A stretch of DNA of 63,730 nt, taken from positions 1-63,730 of the IMG/VR virus record IMGVR_UViG_3300048837_001215; one strand, 5' to 3'. The notes below the pieces were generated by a model. The model did no database searches. It saw only the letters and a list, made by a program, of their open reading frames with translations, and was not told where the DNA came from. Shown one piece after another: positions 1 through 9,981 of this stretch. The translations under genes were made by a program, and so were the position numbers. The stretch is from a virus (taxonomy: Duplodnaviria; Caudoviricetes). Each line of letters begins with the position of its first letter. Position 1 is the first letter of the stretch.

Positions 1-546
1 AGATCCGCATCGCCCAGGCGGTGTACGGGACGCTGCTGGTCAGTTACACCGTGCACCGCCATCTCTACACGCTGGCCATTCCAGCGCGGCCAGAGGCCGA
101 GGAGAACACCGTCCAGAGCCACGTCTATGCCTGCTGGAACGGCGGCAACACCGTCATCGAGATCGAACAGCCGGAAGGGGCTGAGGATGGCGAGTGCAAC
201 TACAACCACAATTCCAGCCTGAATGTGAATCCGTCGCCGGATAGCCCGCCCGATCACGTCGATCCCGAGGACGAGTACATCGATATCGACTACTGTTCCG
301 GACTGCCACTGGTGTACGTATGAGCACAGAGTCGCTGCTGATCGCCATCACCGGCCAGGATCTGAGCGCCGCCGGGGATGATGTCTGGGTGCGGCTGGAG
401 CAGGTCACTCCGTCACGGCTGGCCTACTACGCCAGCGCCCGTGACATCTACAAGATGTGGACCAGGGCGGTATCCGGCCAATCGGCCCAGACCATGCGCC
501 CGCCCGGCTGCCCGGTCGGGTTCGCCGGGGATGACATCTATGTCTG
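1..546. repeat. Left copy of diverged terminal repeat (matches 63182-63730)
   Basis: Aligns with the window end. Many substitutions and one 3-nt indel over 1-442; 443-546 is identical to 63627-63730 (104 bp). Confidence 0.95.
3..323 (+). CDS. 5'-truncated tail-region protein, allele of 62734..63504
   Basis: Protein is nearly identical to the C-terminus of 62734..63504 (AIPARPEAEENTVQSHVYACW...DYCSGLPLVYV). Confidence 0.85.
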   Translation: MRIAQAVYGTLLVSYTVHRHLYTLAIPARPEAEENTVQSHVYACWNGGNTVIEIEQPEGAEDGECNYNHNSSLNVNPSPDSPPDHVDPEDEYIDIDYCSGLPLVYV

Positions 547-1309
547 GCTGGGCGTCTATGCCTGGCCGTCGCACCCCGACCTGGCCTACGCCCTGTCGGC
601 GGCAATCGGTACCGTCGGAACGGCCCAGGTCATCCGCAAGGACAAGGAATTTTCATTGTTTGTAGATAACTCCAACCGGATCGACCTCCCCTATTATATG
701 GAGGATCTGAGCTGGGAATGGGAGAGCCCCTGTTTCGACCGCTATGGGGCAGAGATTGCCCGTCCGGCGATTACCAATCACGGATCATGGCTGGAGTTCT
801 CGACCGAGGTGTTCGGCGGCCTGCGCCTCAATGGCACGGCATGCGGCCATTACCACGTCTCCGAGATGATCCTCAACAAACCGCTGACAACCGAGGAGCT
901 GACGGCGGAGGAGCAGGAGATCGTCCAGACCGAGGAGCAGGAGGAATATGAGTCAGAGGGCATACTGGTCTATGTCCCGAAACGCCCAACTCGGCTCAAC
1001 GGCTATAAAATCGAGAACCTGCAGAACACCATAACCGCCTCATGGCTCGAGCTTGACGGCAGCACCGATACCGACCAGCTCCGCCTCGAGATCCCGCCCT
1101 GCGTCGAAGAGGCCCTGGCGTTCTGCCCCGACATGAATCGGATCATCGTCCTGCTGTGTCAGGAGGTATCGACCCGGCAGGTCTATTACTCGACCTGCAG
1201 CGGTGAGATCGTGAGCATCTGGGACGGGATCGATCCGATGAAATACTGTGTCGATATCAGCGGCAAGTCGGTCACCGCCGCGCCGATGGGGGGGTTCGGG
1301 ATTATATGA
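320..1309 (+). CDS. Putative tail tip protein
   Basis: 329 aa, ATGA-coupled, in the block downstream of the tape measure (across the circular junction). No family recognised. Confidence 0.6.
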   Translation: MSTESLLIAITGQDLSAAGDDVWVRLEQVTPSRLAYYASARDIYKMWTRAVSGQSAQTMRPPGCPVGFAGDDIYVWLGVYAWPSHPDLAYALSAAIGTVGTAQVIRKDKEFSLFVDNSNRIDLPYYMEDLSWEWESPCFDRYGAEIARPAITNHGSWLEFSTEVFGGLRLNGTACGHYHVSEMILNKPLTTEELTAEEQEIVQTEEQEEYESEGILVYVPKRPTRLNGYKIENLQNTITASWLELDGSTDTDQLRLEIPPCVEEALAFCPDMNRIIVLLCQEVSTRQVYYSTCSGEIVSIWDGIDPMKYCVDISGKSVTAAPMGGFGII

Positions 1310-3147
1310 ACACCCACAACCTCACCATCCGTATCGTTGCCGACCCAAACGCCGGTATCATCGCCCCCGAAGACGGCTACTGGCTGACCATCGCTCAGGC
1401 GCTGCCGGACGAAAAGATAACCACCGGCGAAGCGGCGGCGATGATCGACGCATTGTTTGATCTGAGCCCCTGCAAAGACCCGATCGAGAGCGGGACGGAG
1501 CCGGCGGAAGAACCGCCCGCCGACATGACCGAGGCCCTCGACAAGATCGCCGAGACGGTCGAGGTCGACTTGACCGCCTGTGAGCGGCGCTTGACTGGGA
1601 CGTATCAGACAGATTTGAAGATCGCCCGCAGCCATCCCGACATCCCCTACACGCTGCGGCTGTCGGTCGGAGAGATTATCGAGACGGTCATTGTTGAAAG
1701 CCAGGTGGCCGAATCCCTCGACGTCAAGGGGGCCTCCTCGGTCGTCTTGACGATGCCGGTGCAGTCCGGTCTGCGCTGCACCTGGCAGGGGACGGTCATC
1801 GGCAAGAATGGCCCGATCGATCCGCCGGTCATCAAGGCCACCGGCAACACATTATTCTGGGCCGGGACCGCAACCGGGACCATCCGCGCCGAATATGCCA
1901 GCATCCATGATGTTGTAACGGTCGAGATCCCCGGCGTTCCCAACTATGTCGGCTCCGACCGGGGCAAGCCGCAGGAAAGCACGGCGCTGGCTTTTTATCA
2001 TTACCAGGTGTTTCCCTGCGACATCACGCCACCGGAAGAGGACAGCGAGGCCACCCTGGCAGAGGTCTGCGGATGGGACACCGACGACCCATCCACCCTG
2101 TCAGGGGTGGACGCATGGGATGACACCGGAGAGCCGCGAGAACTGCCTGAAACACAACCAGAATATGGCTGCATCAGATGGTTCAACCCGCAATGGTTCA
2201 TGAATGAGCCATGGACGTATGAGGATTATTGCTGCGTGTATGGCTCACCCCCACGTGGCAACTGCTCCCAGACCACATCTCGCCGTGAAGGGGGGAAGAC
2301 TCTTAGCGAGCAGACCATCGCCCAAATGACTGCCGAGTGGCCAGGCCCGATCGAGTTTATCCCCCTCGGCCCGATCACTCCGGAGGGCTGCGGCACCCGC
2401 TACGAGGAAACCAAAATCATCCAGCATTCGTGTTGTGATGAGGTCGAGCCGATGGCCTGGGACAGCGAGACCTCGGTCGACGTCCTCGATCCAGGAACCT
2501 ATGGAATTGTCGGCGTAACCGGAGGAGCTCCACCATATCACTGGTCAATCAGAGGCAGTGGATTTGCCCTGTCGGCCGATGGCCACCTGCGGGACGGGGT
2601 CACCGACACTCCATATACATACGTCTATGCGTTGCCCACAGCTTGTGGATCTGCACCGATCACTGTCGATGATGGATGCTCTTCTGTGGTGTCCGGGGTG
2701 AGATCAACTGAGGGGCAATGGTTAGAGTTGGAATATTTTAGCCAAAACTATGTTTGGTCTGGATGGAGCCAGATTAGCGACAACTCCGGAGAGGTTAATA
2801 TGTCGTGGAAATCAAGCTCTCTTATTACTCAACACGATGTAATAAGAGATGGCTATGCCATGATGCTGCAGAATTTCGCTGATGAATTTTTTGATAGGGA
2901 TATTCCGGACCCATCATTAGATATTACAGTAGAGTTTGCAACGCTTGCGGCTGGCAATACGATGAAAACATCGTGCACTCCATATGATGATTTTTACCAA
3001 TTAGATCCAATCATAGGAAAATTTGAAGTCCCGATTTCACATGGTTATTTTTCGAATACAAGCGGAACTATATGTGGCAGTGGATTACCAACTTATGTCG
3101 CCAGATTATTGGTTGCCGGCGTAAAAATAATGAGGTGGGTATGCTGA
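1306..3147 (+). CDS. Putative tail tip/receptor-binding protein, Cys-rich, with compositionally distinct C-terminus
   Basis: 613 aa, coupled. GC-rich up to ~2700, AT-rich afterwards. Confidence 0.55.
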   Translation: MNTHNLTIRIVADPNAGIIAPEDGYWLTIAQALPDEKITTGEAAAMIDALFDLSPCKDPIESGTEPAEEPPADMTEALDKIAETVEVDLTACERRLTGTYQTDLKIARSHPDIPYTLRLSVGEIIETVIVESQVAESLDVKGASSVVLTMPVQSGLRCTWQGTVIGKNGPIDPPVIKATGNTLFWAGTATGTIRAEYASIHDVVTVEIPGVPNYVGSDRGKPQESTALAFYHYQVFPCDITPPEEDSEATLAEVCGWDTDDPSTLSGVDAWDDTGEPRELPETQPEYGCIRWFNPQWFMNEPWTYEDYCCVYGSPPRGNCSQTTSRREGGKTLSEQTIAQMTAEWPGPIEFIPLGPITPEGCGTRYEETKIIQHSCCDEVEPMAWDSETSVDVLDPGTYGIVGVTGGAPPYHWSIRGSGFALSADGHLRDGVTDTPYTYVYALPTACGSAPITVDDGCSSVVSGVRSTEGQWLELEYFSQNYVWSGWSQISDNSGEVNMSWKSSSLITQHDVIRDGYAMMLQNFADEFFDRDIPDPSLDITVEFATLAAGNTMKTSCTPYDDFYQLDPIIGKFEVPISHGYFSNTSGTICGSGLPTYVARLLVAGVKIMRWVC

Positions 3148-3494
3148 GTCTAACGGCATTTTCTGTTGCTGAATTACAGCAATTTTTAGCATGGATCTCG
3201 CAATGCGAGAGGGCAGGAGTGACAGATATCCGGTTTGTCCGGCAGCGTACTGCTGAATACATCGACCAGCGCATGATTGCGTCATCTGCCAGGAAATCAA
3301 AAAGATTGCGACCCGATAATATCACCGTATGTGCTGTGTGTGGCAAACCGGCGATCATCATACCACTCTCGCTGCCCGACCGTACCTCGACCGCCACCCA
3401 CGCCGTGCAGTGTCAGAACCGCCCGACCACCGACCGGCCATGGCGGAATGGGATGTGTGGCCATACCGAGTATATCGTGCGAGGTGAAAAATAA
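3141..3494 (+). CDS. Small Zn-finger-like protein
   Basis: ATG at 3141 after GAGG; CAVC...CQN...CGH. Confidence 0.55.
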   Translation: MLSLTAFSVAELQQFLAWISQCERAGVTDIRFVRQRTAEYIDQRMIASSARKSKRLRPDNITVCAVCGKPAIIIPLSLPDRTSTATHAVQCQNRPTTDRPWRNGMCGHTEYIVRGEK

Positions 3495-5740
3495 TGGCCC
3501 TGTGGACTCCGGCTGAAATTACGACGGATCTGTGGTTCGATTGTTCAGACAGCGGGGCTATTGTGCTGAACGGGTCTGCTATCAGTCAACTAACAGACAA
3601 ATCAGGCAATAATAGACATGCGGCGCAAGCCACTGCAGCATACCAGCCGTTGTTGGAAAATTCCGGGGCCAAATTTGATGGGAGCGATGATTTGCTGCCG
3701 TTTGATGGCACGTTCCTGGCGTCCACTCCGTATGCAATTTTTATCGTGGGGCAGAGACGTAGCACAGATTTGAACAAAGGGTTTTTTTTTGGCGGCGGTA
3801 CTGATACGGTAGTAAATGGCAATATTTATTTAGGGTGGGGGTCATCGACAAACGTGTATTTAGGACAATACGGTAGCGATCTCTCAGCATTAGATTCTAC
3901 CGCAATAAACACAAAAGTTTTATTTACCGGGACAAAATCTACGTCAGGAACTGTACTCAGGAAGAATGGATCAAACATTAACACTAACACCAATGCTACG
4001 TTTGCTGTAAGCAACTCCGGCGCGGCACTAGGTAGGTTTTTTTCGGGTTATGCTAGATATCAGTATGTTATCGTCAATGAAATAGTAATATGCAGAACGT
4101 TCGACCAAGACACAATTGATATAATTGAGGGATGCCTCGCATGGAAATGGGGCCTTGAATCAAGTTTACCTGTTGGCCATCCCTACAAGTCAGCCGCCCC
4201 GACGATAGCATCAAACTCTACCCTTTGCGCCATCATTAATCAGGATTACTCGCTAGTAGCTGATAAGATTTCAACCCTGTTGACCCAAGACTGGGCCCTG
4301 CTGTCGACGGTGCGGCAGACCATCTCCCAGGACTGGTCGCTGCGGATGCTCCAGATCATGACCCAGTATTACGGCGATGTGCCGGTGGTGCGGCAGCTGC
4401 TCGATCAATACTGGGGCGCGGCGGCGCTGCTGCGGCGGCTCGTCGATCAGCCGTACCACGACGCCCTGCGGCTGCGGGCCGGGATCGATCAGGACTGGGG
4501 CCTCAACGCCGGGCTGCTGGCAATGATGGAACAGCGCTACTCGATCGCAGGCGACCGCTATCTCGCCCTGGCCGAACAGGCATACAACATAAAAGATACC
4601 GAGTTGATTCAGAAATTATTGGATCAGGTATATATTATTCAACCATCTGGGATAACTCTTCAAAAGCCAGTAACCTCTGTTACCGCTTCTGCCACTTCGT
4701 TATTTCCTCAAAAGACACTTCATCCTTACCATATTGAAATTGAAGTAGATGAAGAAGAGTTTGCAATAAAAGGAGAAATTCATCTTGCTGACGAGTCAGA
4801 GTGGATTTCTTGTGTTCATGTAGAAACTGAATTGACTATTCCAATTGACGGTACGGAGTATCGTTTATTGGTTGAAGGGCCTTGGAAGTCTCGCCAACCA
4901 GGACTGACTGAATATTATGTACCAATGGCTTCAAAAACAATTCTTTTAGATGCTCCTTATGCGGATGGATTAGAAGAGGAACTTGGTGGAAAGATGGCTT
5001 CTGTGATTGCTCAGGATCTTGCCAATATAGAGAATATTACAGTCGACTGGGACATGATAGATTGGTTCATTCCGCTAGGTGCTTTATATGCCAATGGTGA
5101 AACTCCTCTTGCCGTCATTCGAAAGATTGTAGGAGCTGCTGGCGGAATCATTCAAAGTTCTCCTGCTGGGAATTTGATTTGTAGGACAGAGTATCCCATT
5201 ACAGTTCCAAATTGGTCAACAGCTTCACCAGACTTTTATCTAACCGATTCAGACAATTTCTTTTCAGTAAGTTCAAAGCCTGATATTAGAGACGGCTTTA
5301 ACCGCTTCTCTATATCAGATCAGGATGAAGGAACTCAAGGATTGACTCTGGAAGAGGTTACCATCAATTCAACAACTAAGCATATCCTGGTATATCAGGT
5401 TCCGTTTGTTGCCTCCGATGTAATTGTATTGAGGACTTCTGGTGGTACTTGGGTTGGAGTAATAAACGAAGGAGTTATAATAGAAGACATTCTTGATGAA
5501 CAAGTTGAAATAGTAAGTGGAGAAGGGAATACAACAAAGCCAATATATAGTGTTATTGGATTGCCAGATTATAAAGAAACAGAACTCGGAGTAATAACAA
5601 CCTTTGAATCCGGAATAATATCTACTGCTATTCTTGAAAATTCTTTGGTTAACATAAGCTATACCACCAAGTATAGAAAATTCATCGTAACTGATCCAAA
5701 CATTGAAGATGTTCAATTCTTCCCGGAGATTCAACCATGA
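3494..5740 (+). CDS. Tail protein with N-terminal LamG/ConA-like domain and hub-like C-terminus
   Basis: WTP...LWFDCSD...DKSGNNRHAAQ...QP...FDGSDD and LAWKWG are typical of phage LamG-like tail domains. Confidence 0.6.
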   Translation: MALWTPAEITTDLWFDCSDSGAIVLNGSAISQLTDKSGNNRHAAQATAAYQPLLENSGAKFDGSDDLLPFDGTFLASTPYAIFIVGQRRSTDLNKGFFFGGGTDTVVNGNIYLGWGSSTNVYLGQYGSDLSALDSTAINTKVLFTGTKSTSGTVLRKNGSNINTNTNATFAVSNSGAALGRFFSGYARYQYVIVNEIVICRTFDQDTIDIIEGCLAWKWGLESSLPVGHPYKSAAPTIASNSTLCAIINQDYSLVADKISTLLTQDWALLSTVRQTISQDWSLRMLQIMTQYYGDVPVVRQLLDQYWGAAALLRRLVDQPYHDALRLRAGIDQDWGLNAGLLAMMEQRYSIAGDRYLALAEQAYNIKDTELIQKLLDQVYIIQPSGITLQKPVTSVTASATSLFPQKTLHPYHIEIEVDEEEFAIKGEIHLADESEWISCVHVETELTIPIDGTEYRLLVEGPWKSRQPGLTEYYVPMASKTILLDAPYADGLEEELGGKMASVIAQDLANIENITVDWDMIDWFIPLGALYANGETPLAVIRKIVGAAGGIIQSSPAGNLICRTEYPITVPNWSTASPDFYLTDSDNFFSVSSKPDIRDGFNRFSISDQDEGTQGLTLEEVTINSTTKHILVYQVPFVASDVIVLRTSGGTWVGVINEGVIIEDILDEQVEIVSGEGNTTKPIYSVIGLPDYKETELGVITTFESGIISTAILENSLVNISYTTKYRKFIVTDPNIEDVQFFPEIQP

Positions 5741-6234
5741 GTGGACCAACAATAGTTGTTTCTTTTGGTGACTCGGTAGATAGTGATGCCTTGTTCGTCG
5801 TGGAGTTAGATGATACCATGAATCTGGATGATGAAGGGAATATAAAGACAAGTTTCTTTCCAGGAGATTATGTTTATTTCTTAATGCATTATGATCCGAA
5901 CTTGGTAGTCACTTCTATTCAGACGACTTCTGGCCAGGTCGAACTTCAGGGCAGGGTTTCCCGTGAAAACACGATGGAGATTTTCTTTCAGGATTCGACG
6001 GATGAGCATGATTTGACCCATAACCCATCCAGCCATCCAACTGGAGTATTTGACGGTAGGCAGTCTTCTATTATCAGGTCAGGGAGAAAGGTTAAAGCCG
6101 CTTCTACCCCTTGCATTGGAGATATTACTTACTCTTACAGTGCCGATTTGGCTCGGTTCATCCCTCCAACAATAACATTGGAGGAAGGTGAGCAATACAG
6201 GGTTGGAATAGTAATCCATGTGGAGGAAAGATGA
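5737..6234 (+). CDS. Hypothetical tail-region protein
   Basis: 165 aa, ATGA-coupled. Confidence 0.6.
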   Translation: MSGPTIVVSFGDSVDSDALFVVELDDTMNLDDEGNIKTSFFPGDYVYFLMHYDPNLVVTSIQTTSGQVELQGRVSRENTMEIFFQDSTDEHDLTHNPSSHPTGVFDGRQSSIIRSGRKVKAASTPCIGDITYSYSADLARFIPPTITLEEGEQYRVGIVIHVEER

Positions 6235-6539
6235 AGATAATAGTCGAAAGGTCTCCTGCAGATAAGTGGGGGCCAGGTGTGGTTGATCCATTGCTTGTAA
6301 CTGAACCTGTAGGTTTGGCCCGTGGAATAAGAGAAGTTGACTATCATTCCACTAATCGATCATTAGAGAATGGCAATTGTATTCTCCTCCCATATATGGC
6401 CAGTGGATCATTAATTAATGTGACCGAGGCTAATGGTTCTTACAGGGGAAAACTAAAGAAATATTCCGTCACGATCGATATTTCTGGAAGGACCTTTACC
6501 GCCACTTCAGCAGTTGAAATTGAAAGGGAGATGGTATGA
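6231..6539 (+). CDS. Hypothetical tail-region protein
   Basis: 102 aa, coupled. Confidence 0.6.
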   Translation: MKIIVERSPADKWGPGVVDPLLVTEPVGLARGIREVDYHSTNRSLENGNCILLPYMASGSLINVTEANGSYRGKLKKYSVTIDISGRTFTATSAVEIEREMV

Positions 6540-6769
6540 AAAAGACATTCCTTGAAAACATGTTTCGGCCATCCACTACCACCGGCTTTTATGCTACTGT
6601 AGTCAAACGCGTTAAGGTTGGAAGGTATCAATTGAGAGATGATTCTGGAGGTCTTTTCCATGCCGATAGTTCGATCAATTGGACTCCAGGTTCCAGGGTG
6701 GCTGTTCAGGGGAACAGGATTGTTGCTGGTGGGGGATCTGCACCTACAGTAAGAACTTACAAGGTTTGA
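6536..6769 (+). CDS. Small beta-rich hypothetical protein
   Basis: 77 aa, coupled. Confidence 0.55.
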   Translation: MKKTFLENMFRPSTTTGFYATVVKRVKVGRYQLRDDSGGLFHADSSINWTPGSRVAVQGNRIVAGGGSAPTVRTYKV

Positions 6770-6773
6770 TGCC

Positions 6774-7244
6774 ATGATAATTCAGATGTGGGAAGGGATG
6801 GGGTTGCAAATTATTGAAGAGATTGTTCCTCATTTTCCATTCTGTAGTTATAAAGAATTTCCAGATTGTTATTGTGGTGCCGGGGATGGTTTGGGCCAAA
6901 AGATTGTTCCAGACTATGTGTATGGATATACAAAACATCTTCCTGGTTGTTTAAATATATCAATTAAGCTTTCTCCAGCGTGCTGGATTCACGACGAGGA
7001 TTTTAAATATGCCCTACCGACTTGGGATGCGTTTCACGCTTCTAATTCTAGGTTGTTTGCAAATACAAAGACCATTATTGAAAAGAAGTCTCGGGAGTAT
7101 CCAACTGCCTTGAGAAACCATGCTTTACGATATCCAGACCTATACAGTCAGTCGGTTGATGCTTTTGGAAGGGTAGTATTCTGGAAGATTAAGAAAGAAC
7201 AGGGGTATAAAATACCAATAAGCGCAGCATGGTTACTCAAATAA
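6774..7244 (+). CDS. Hypothetical protein with phospholipase A2-like motifs
   Basis: YCGAG...ACWIHD resembles the PLA2 Ca-loop and His-Asp motif. Confidence 0.4.
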   Translation: MIIQMWEGMGLQIIEEIVPHFPFCSYKEFPDCYCGAGDGLGQKIVPDYVYGYTKHLPGCLNISIKLSPACWIHDEDFKYALPTWDAFHASNSRLFANTKTIIEKKSREYPTALRNHALRYPDLYSQSVDAFGRVVFWKIKKEQGYKIPISAAWLLK

Positions 7245-7256
7245 GGAGAAGATAGA

Positions 7257-7616
7257 ATGGATCTTCATGAGCGAGGCAAGAATAGTACACATGTAATCGA
7301 AAGAAGAACAAGTGTATTTACTGATGATGATATAAATAGGCTTGCTGCTGCCCTTCATCAAAAAACAAGCGATCATTGGGGAACTTGTCGTTTTGGGGAT
7401 TTAGATCCTAAAGATGTAGAAGCAGCAGCGTTATTTTACAAAAATTTGGACCCAAAAGTAGTTGAAGAAGCTATGCGCTTTTATCAAAACTTTAATGGAT
7501 TCTTTGGGGATTCTGGCAAGATAATTTGGAAAACAGTTTTAACCCTTAGCGTTACCGGGTTTATTGTTATTATTGGCATGGGAGTAGTATCCAAGATAAA
7601 AGAGGTTATCAAATGA
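7257..7616 (+). CDS. Membrane protein, possible holin
   Basis: AGGAG RBS, one C-terminal TM helix, coupled to the endolysin. Confidence 0.45.
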   Translation: MDLHERGKNSTHVIERRTSVFTDDDINRLAAALHQKTSDHWGTCRFGDLDPKDVEAAALFYKNLDPKVVEEAMRFYQNFNGFFGDSGKIIWKTVLTLSVTGFIVIIGMGVVSKIKEVIK

Positions 7617-8197
7617 TTGATTATTTTATTCAGGCTTATAATGCCACCATGGAGAATGAGGGCCGGGGAAAGCGGACCAAAAATAAGCTCGACCCAGGCG
7701 GGGAAACATATTCAGGAATTTCTCGTATCCATCATCCAAGATGGCCAGGATGGCCTTTGATCGATAGGTGGATGAAAGAAGGGAAGCCCATTGATGTCGA
7801 TTTGATGGAACCAATGGTCCTGGCATTTTATCGGGAGAAATTCTGGGATACAATTGCTGGGGATCAACTGTCACAACTCTCCCCAGCAATAGCAATGCAA
7901 GTTTTTGACTATGGAGTCAATGCCGGCCCGCAAAGAGCTTCTAAATGGTTACAAATGGCATTGAATAAATTGAATCGCAATAAGGTCCTTTATAAGGATA
8001 TAGTTGATGATGGTAGTATAGGCAGAATTACTCTTGGTACTTTGAAAATTGCTTTGATGCAGCGCCCACCGACCAGAGAGGTGACTGAACAACGAATCAT
8101 AAAGATAATCAGGTCAAGATATACTGATCATTGGTTTGATTTGATGGAGAGATTCCCGGAGCGTGAAGAGTTCCGGGGTATATGGGATAGAGCATAA
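7613..8197 (+). CDS. Endolysin, glycoside hydrolase family 108 with peptidoglycan-binding domain
   Basis: NEG...DPGGETYSGI; FDYGVNAG; LQMALN...DDGSIGRITL. Confidence 0.9.
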   Translation: MIDYFIQAYNATMENEGRGKRTKNKLDPGGETYSGISRIHHPRWPGWPLIDRWMKEGKPIDVDLMEPMVLAFYREKFWDTIAGDQLSQLSPAIAMQVFDYGVNAGPQRASKWLQMALNKLNRNKVLYKDIVDDGSIGRITLGTLKIALMQRPPTREVTEQRIIKIIRSRYTDHWFDLMERFPEREEFRGIWDRA

Positions 8198-8211
8198 CCG
8201 CTTCCTCATTT

Positions 8212-8400
8212 TCAAGAATAGAAAAATCCGATTCTCTCTCTTGTGCTTTCATAGGCTTCTGCCAAGTCATCATATCCATTGGTTTTGAGAAAGTATAAAA
8301 GTATTCTATCGGCAGTTATATGATCTTGTTCTTGATCTATTTCAGAAGATGGTTTGCTTTCTATCTTTTTCAATAACGCTATCGCTTCTTCTTTGATCAT
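8212..8400 (-). CDS. Hypothetical phage protein
   Basis: 62 aa; end of the leftward arm. Confidence 0.6.
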   Translation of the reverse strand: MIKEEAIALLKKIESKPSSEIDQEQDHITADRILLYFLKTNGYDDLAEAYESTRERIGFFYS

Positions 8401-8410
8401 TGGTTTCCCC

Positions 8411-8611
8411 TTATGATTTATAATCTTTGTCTTCTTTTTTTTTAGAAGGATAAGGAAGAATGAAGGTGAATTTCATTGCCCTCTTTTTACTGCATTCATA
8501 TCCTTCTTTCTCCAATTCTTTTTTTGTTCTACTCGATATATACGCATCCATAGAATATCTATAAAGTACCTCAATCGCATTGCTTACCTTTTCAGGGTAG
8601 TTTCTGAACAT
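8411..8611 (-). CDS. Hypothetical protein
   Basis: 66 aa in operon context. Confidence 0.5.
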   Translation of the reverse strand: MFRNYPEKVSNAIEVLYRYSMDAYISSRTKKELEKEGYECSKKRAMKFTFILPYPSKKKEDKDYKS

Positions 8612-8612
8612 G

Positions 8613-9263
8613 TTATTTCAATCTCCTGGCAATTGTTTGTCTCCCTTTCATTGAGAACTCATATACGCAATCTGCCACTTCCAGCAGATCCTCTCTTCCC
8701 AGCCTCTCGTCAGCAACCATCACAATCTGAATCCCTGGCCATCCCTTCTCAGGTCTAGGGCGGCAAATCTCGGCCAGCATCGCCAAAGCTCTCTGATTGG
8801 CCTCCTGACCCTTCAAGTGCTTGAACGGCTCATCTAGCCATAATGTAGGGCGGTTCCTGGGCGATTGGAGAGACCACAGAGCAGGGCGAAGAGCCATGCC
8901 GGCAATATCCACCGCTCCAAGGCCGGAAGACCTCCTTGGAGAAATCTGCTGCCCTTCCCGAACAAACCAGAAGTCTACCTCAGTCCTTCCCCTCCTGGTC
9001 TCGATTTGGATGTCGAAGTCGTAGGGATCGTCAAACACAGAAGACAAGGCCAGCTTAGGAAGTTCGCTCAATTGATATCTGAGTTGTTCCTGGGTTTGTT
9101 GGGCAACTTGCTGAATGAGGGCATGGGCCTTCCTGGCCCAATGAAGCTCTCTCCGATTTTCCTTGAGCTTTATCCTGGCTTGGTCGAGTTGATCCTGAAT
9201 GGTTTTCTGCGAACCCTTCAATTCATCCAGTCTGGACCTGGCTTCAGAGATTTCCGATTTCAT
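8613..9263 (-). CDS. Rad50/SbcC-like ATPase, C-terminal half
   Basis: Coiled coil, signature-like SSGLG, Walker B LWLDEP. Confidence 0.8.
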   Translation of the reverse strand: MKSEISEARSRLDELKGSQKTIQDQLDQARIKLKENRRELHWARKAHALIQQVAQQTQEQLRYQLSELPKLALSSVFDDPYDFDIQIETRRGRTEVDFWFVREGQQISPRRSSGLGAVDIAGMALRPALWSLQSPRNRPTLWLDEPFKHLKGQEANQRALAMLAEICRPRPEKGWPGIQIVMVADERLGREDLLEVADCVYEFSMKGRQTIARRLK

Positions 9264-9501
9264 CCAGAACCTCCTCCAACTCGTTCAACAGATCCTCGGC
9301 CTTTTCTTCCATGGATCTCAGCTTGGAAGCCTTTTCTTTGAGCCATTTATCAATCTCCTTGGGGTTAGTTCCAACTCCCATGTCCTGGAGGTTTTTGTCG
9401 ATCTGTTTCAGCTCTCCTTGAAGTTCAGATCGACTTCGGTTCAGCTTCTCTAGTCTGGTTCGAGCTTCCTTCAATCTGGCTTCTTCATTGGTTTCTTTCA
9501 T
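9244..9501 (-). CDS. Coiled-coil protein, likely middle segment of the split Rad50
   Basis: 85 aa with heptad pattern, overlapping the C-half gene. Confidence 0.55.
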   Translation of the reverse strand: MKETNEEARLKEARTRLEKLNRSRSELQGELKQIDKNLQDMGVGTNPKEIDKWLKEKASKLRSMEEKAEDLLNELEEVLDEIGNL

Positions 9502-9551
9502 ATTTGGTTCCTTTAGTTTGCAAGATACTTATTCGTAATCGCGCTTTTTTT

Positions 9552-9746
9552 CTAACGTATCTCAAGCTGTATACAACCGATCCCCCTTATCCGGCCTTCG
9601 ATCACTTTCAACAAGGCCATGAACAACCACTCTCCACGGTACTTTGCTACGTATTGATAATCTGTCCAATCTTGGGTTTTCATCCACCAGTTTACCTCAT
9701 ATTTCCATCCCATAATCAACACCCTATTCCTATCTCTCTGGCGCAT
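9552..9746 (-). CDS. Hypothetical protein
   Basis: 64 aa in operon context. Confidence 0.4.
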   Translation of the reverse strand: MRQRDRNRVLIMGWKYEVNWWMKTQDWTDYQYVAKYRGEWLFMALLKVIEGRIRGIGCIQLEIR

Positions 9747-9943
9747 GTCGGGCAGTAGTAACCGCGCTCATCATTCACGGCCACACAGAACCAATTTTTC
9801 GGAGCCAAAAGAGAGAATGTTTTTACTATGATCTGCGGAACAAACTCGACCGCTCCGCAACGCCCGCAAGGGTAGTGGTAGCAGGCAACGTCTTCCAACA
9901 CATATTCCTTTTTTATTACAAGTTTTTTAGTGTCCATTGTCAC
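9716..9943 (-). CDS. Small Zn-finger protein
   Basis: CGRC...CPTC. Confidence 0.55.
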   Translation of the reverse strand: MTMDTKKLVIKKEYVLEDVACYHYPCGRCGAVEFVPQIIVKTFSLLAPKNWFCVAVNDERGYYCPTCAREIGIGC

Positions 9944-9981
9944 TCCATTCCCAGCATCAGCCGGTAATTGTTGATGGTTTC

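Noticed and set aside
1-546. Diversity-generating retroelement TR/VR pair
   Set aside because: Differences between the copies are not adenine-specific and include an indel, and no reverse transcriptase is recognisable.
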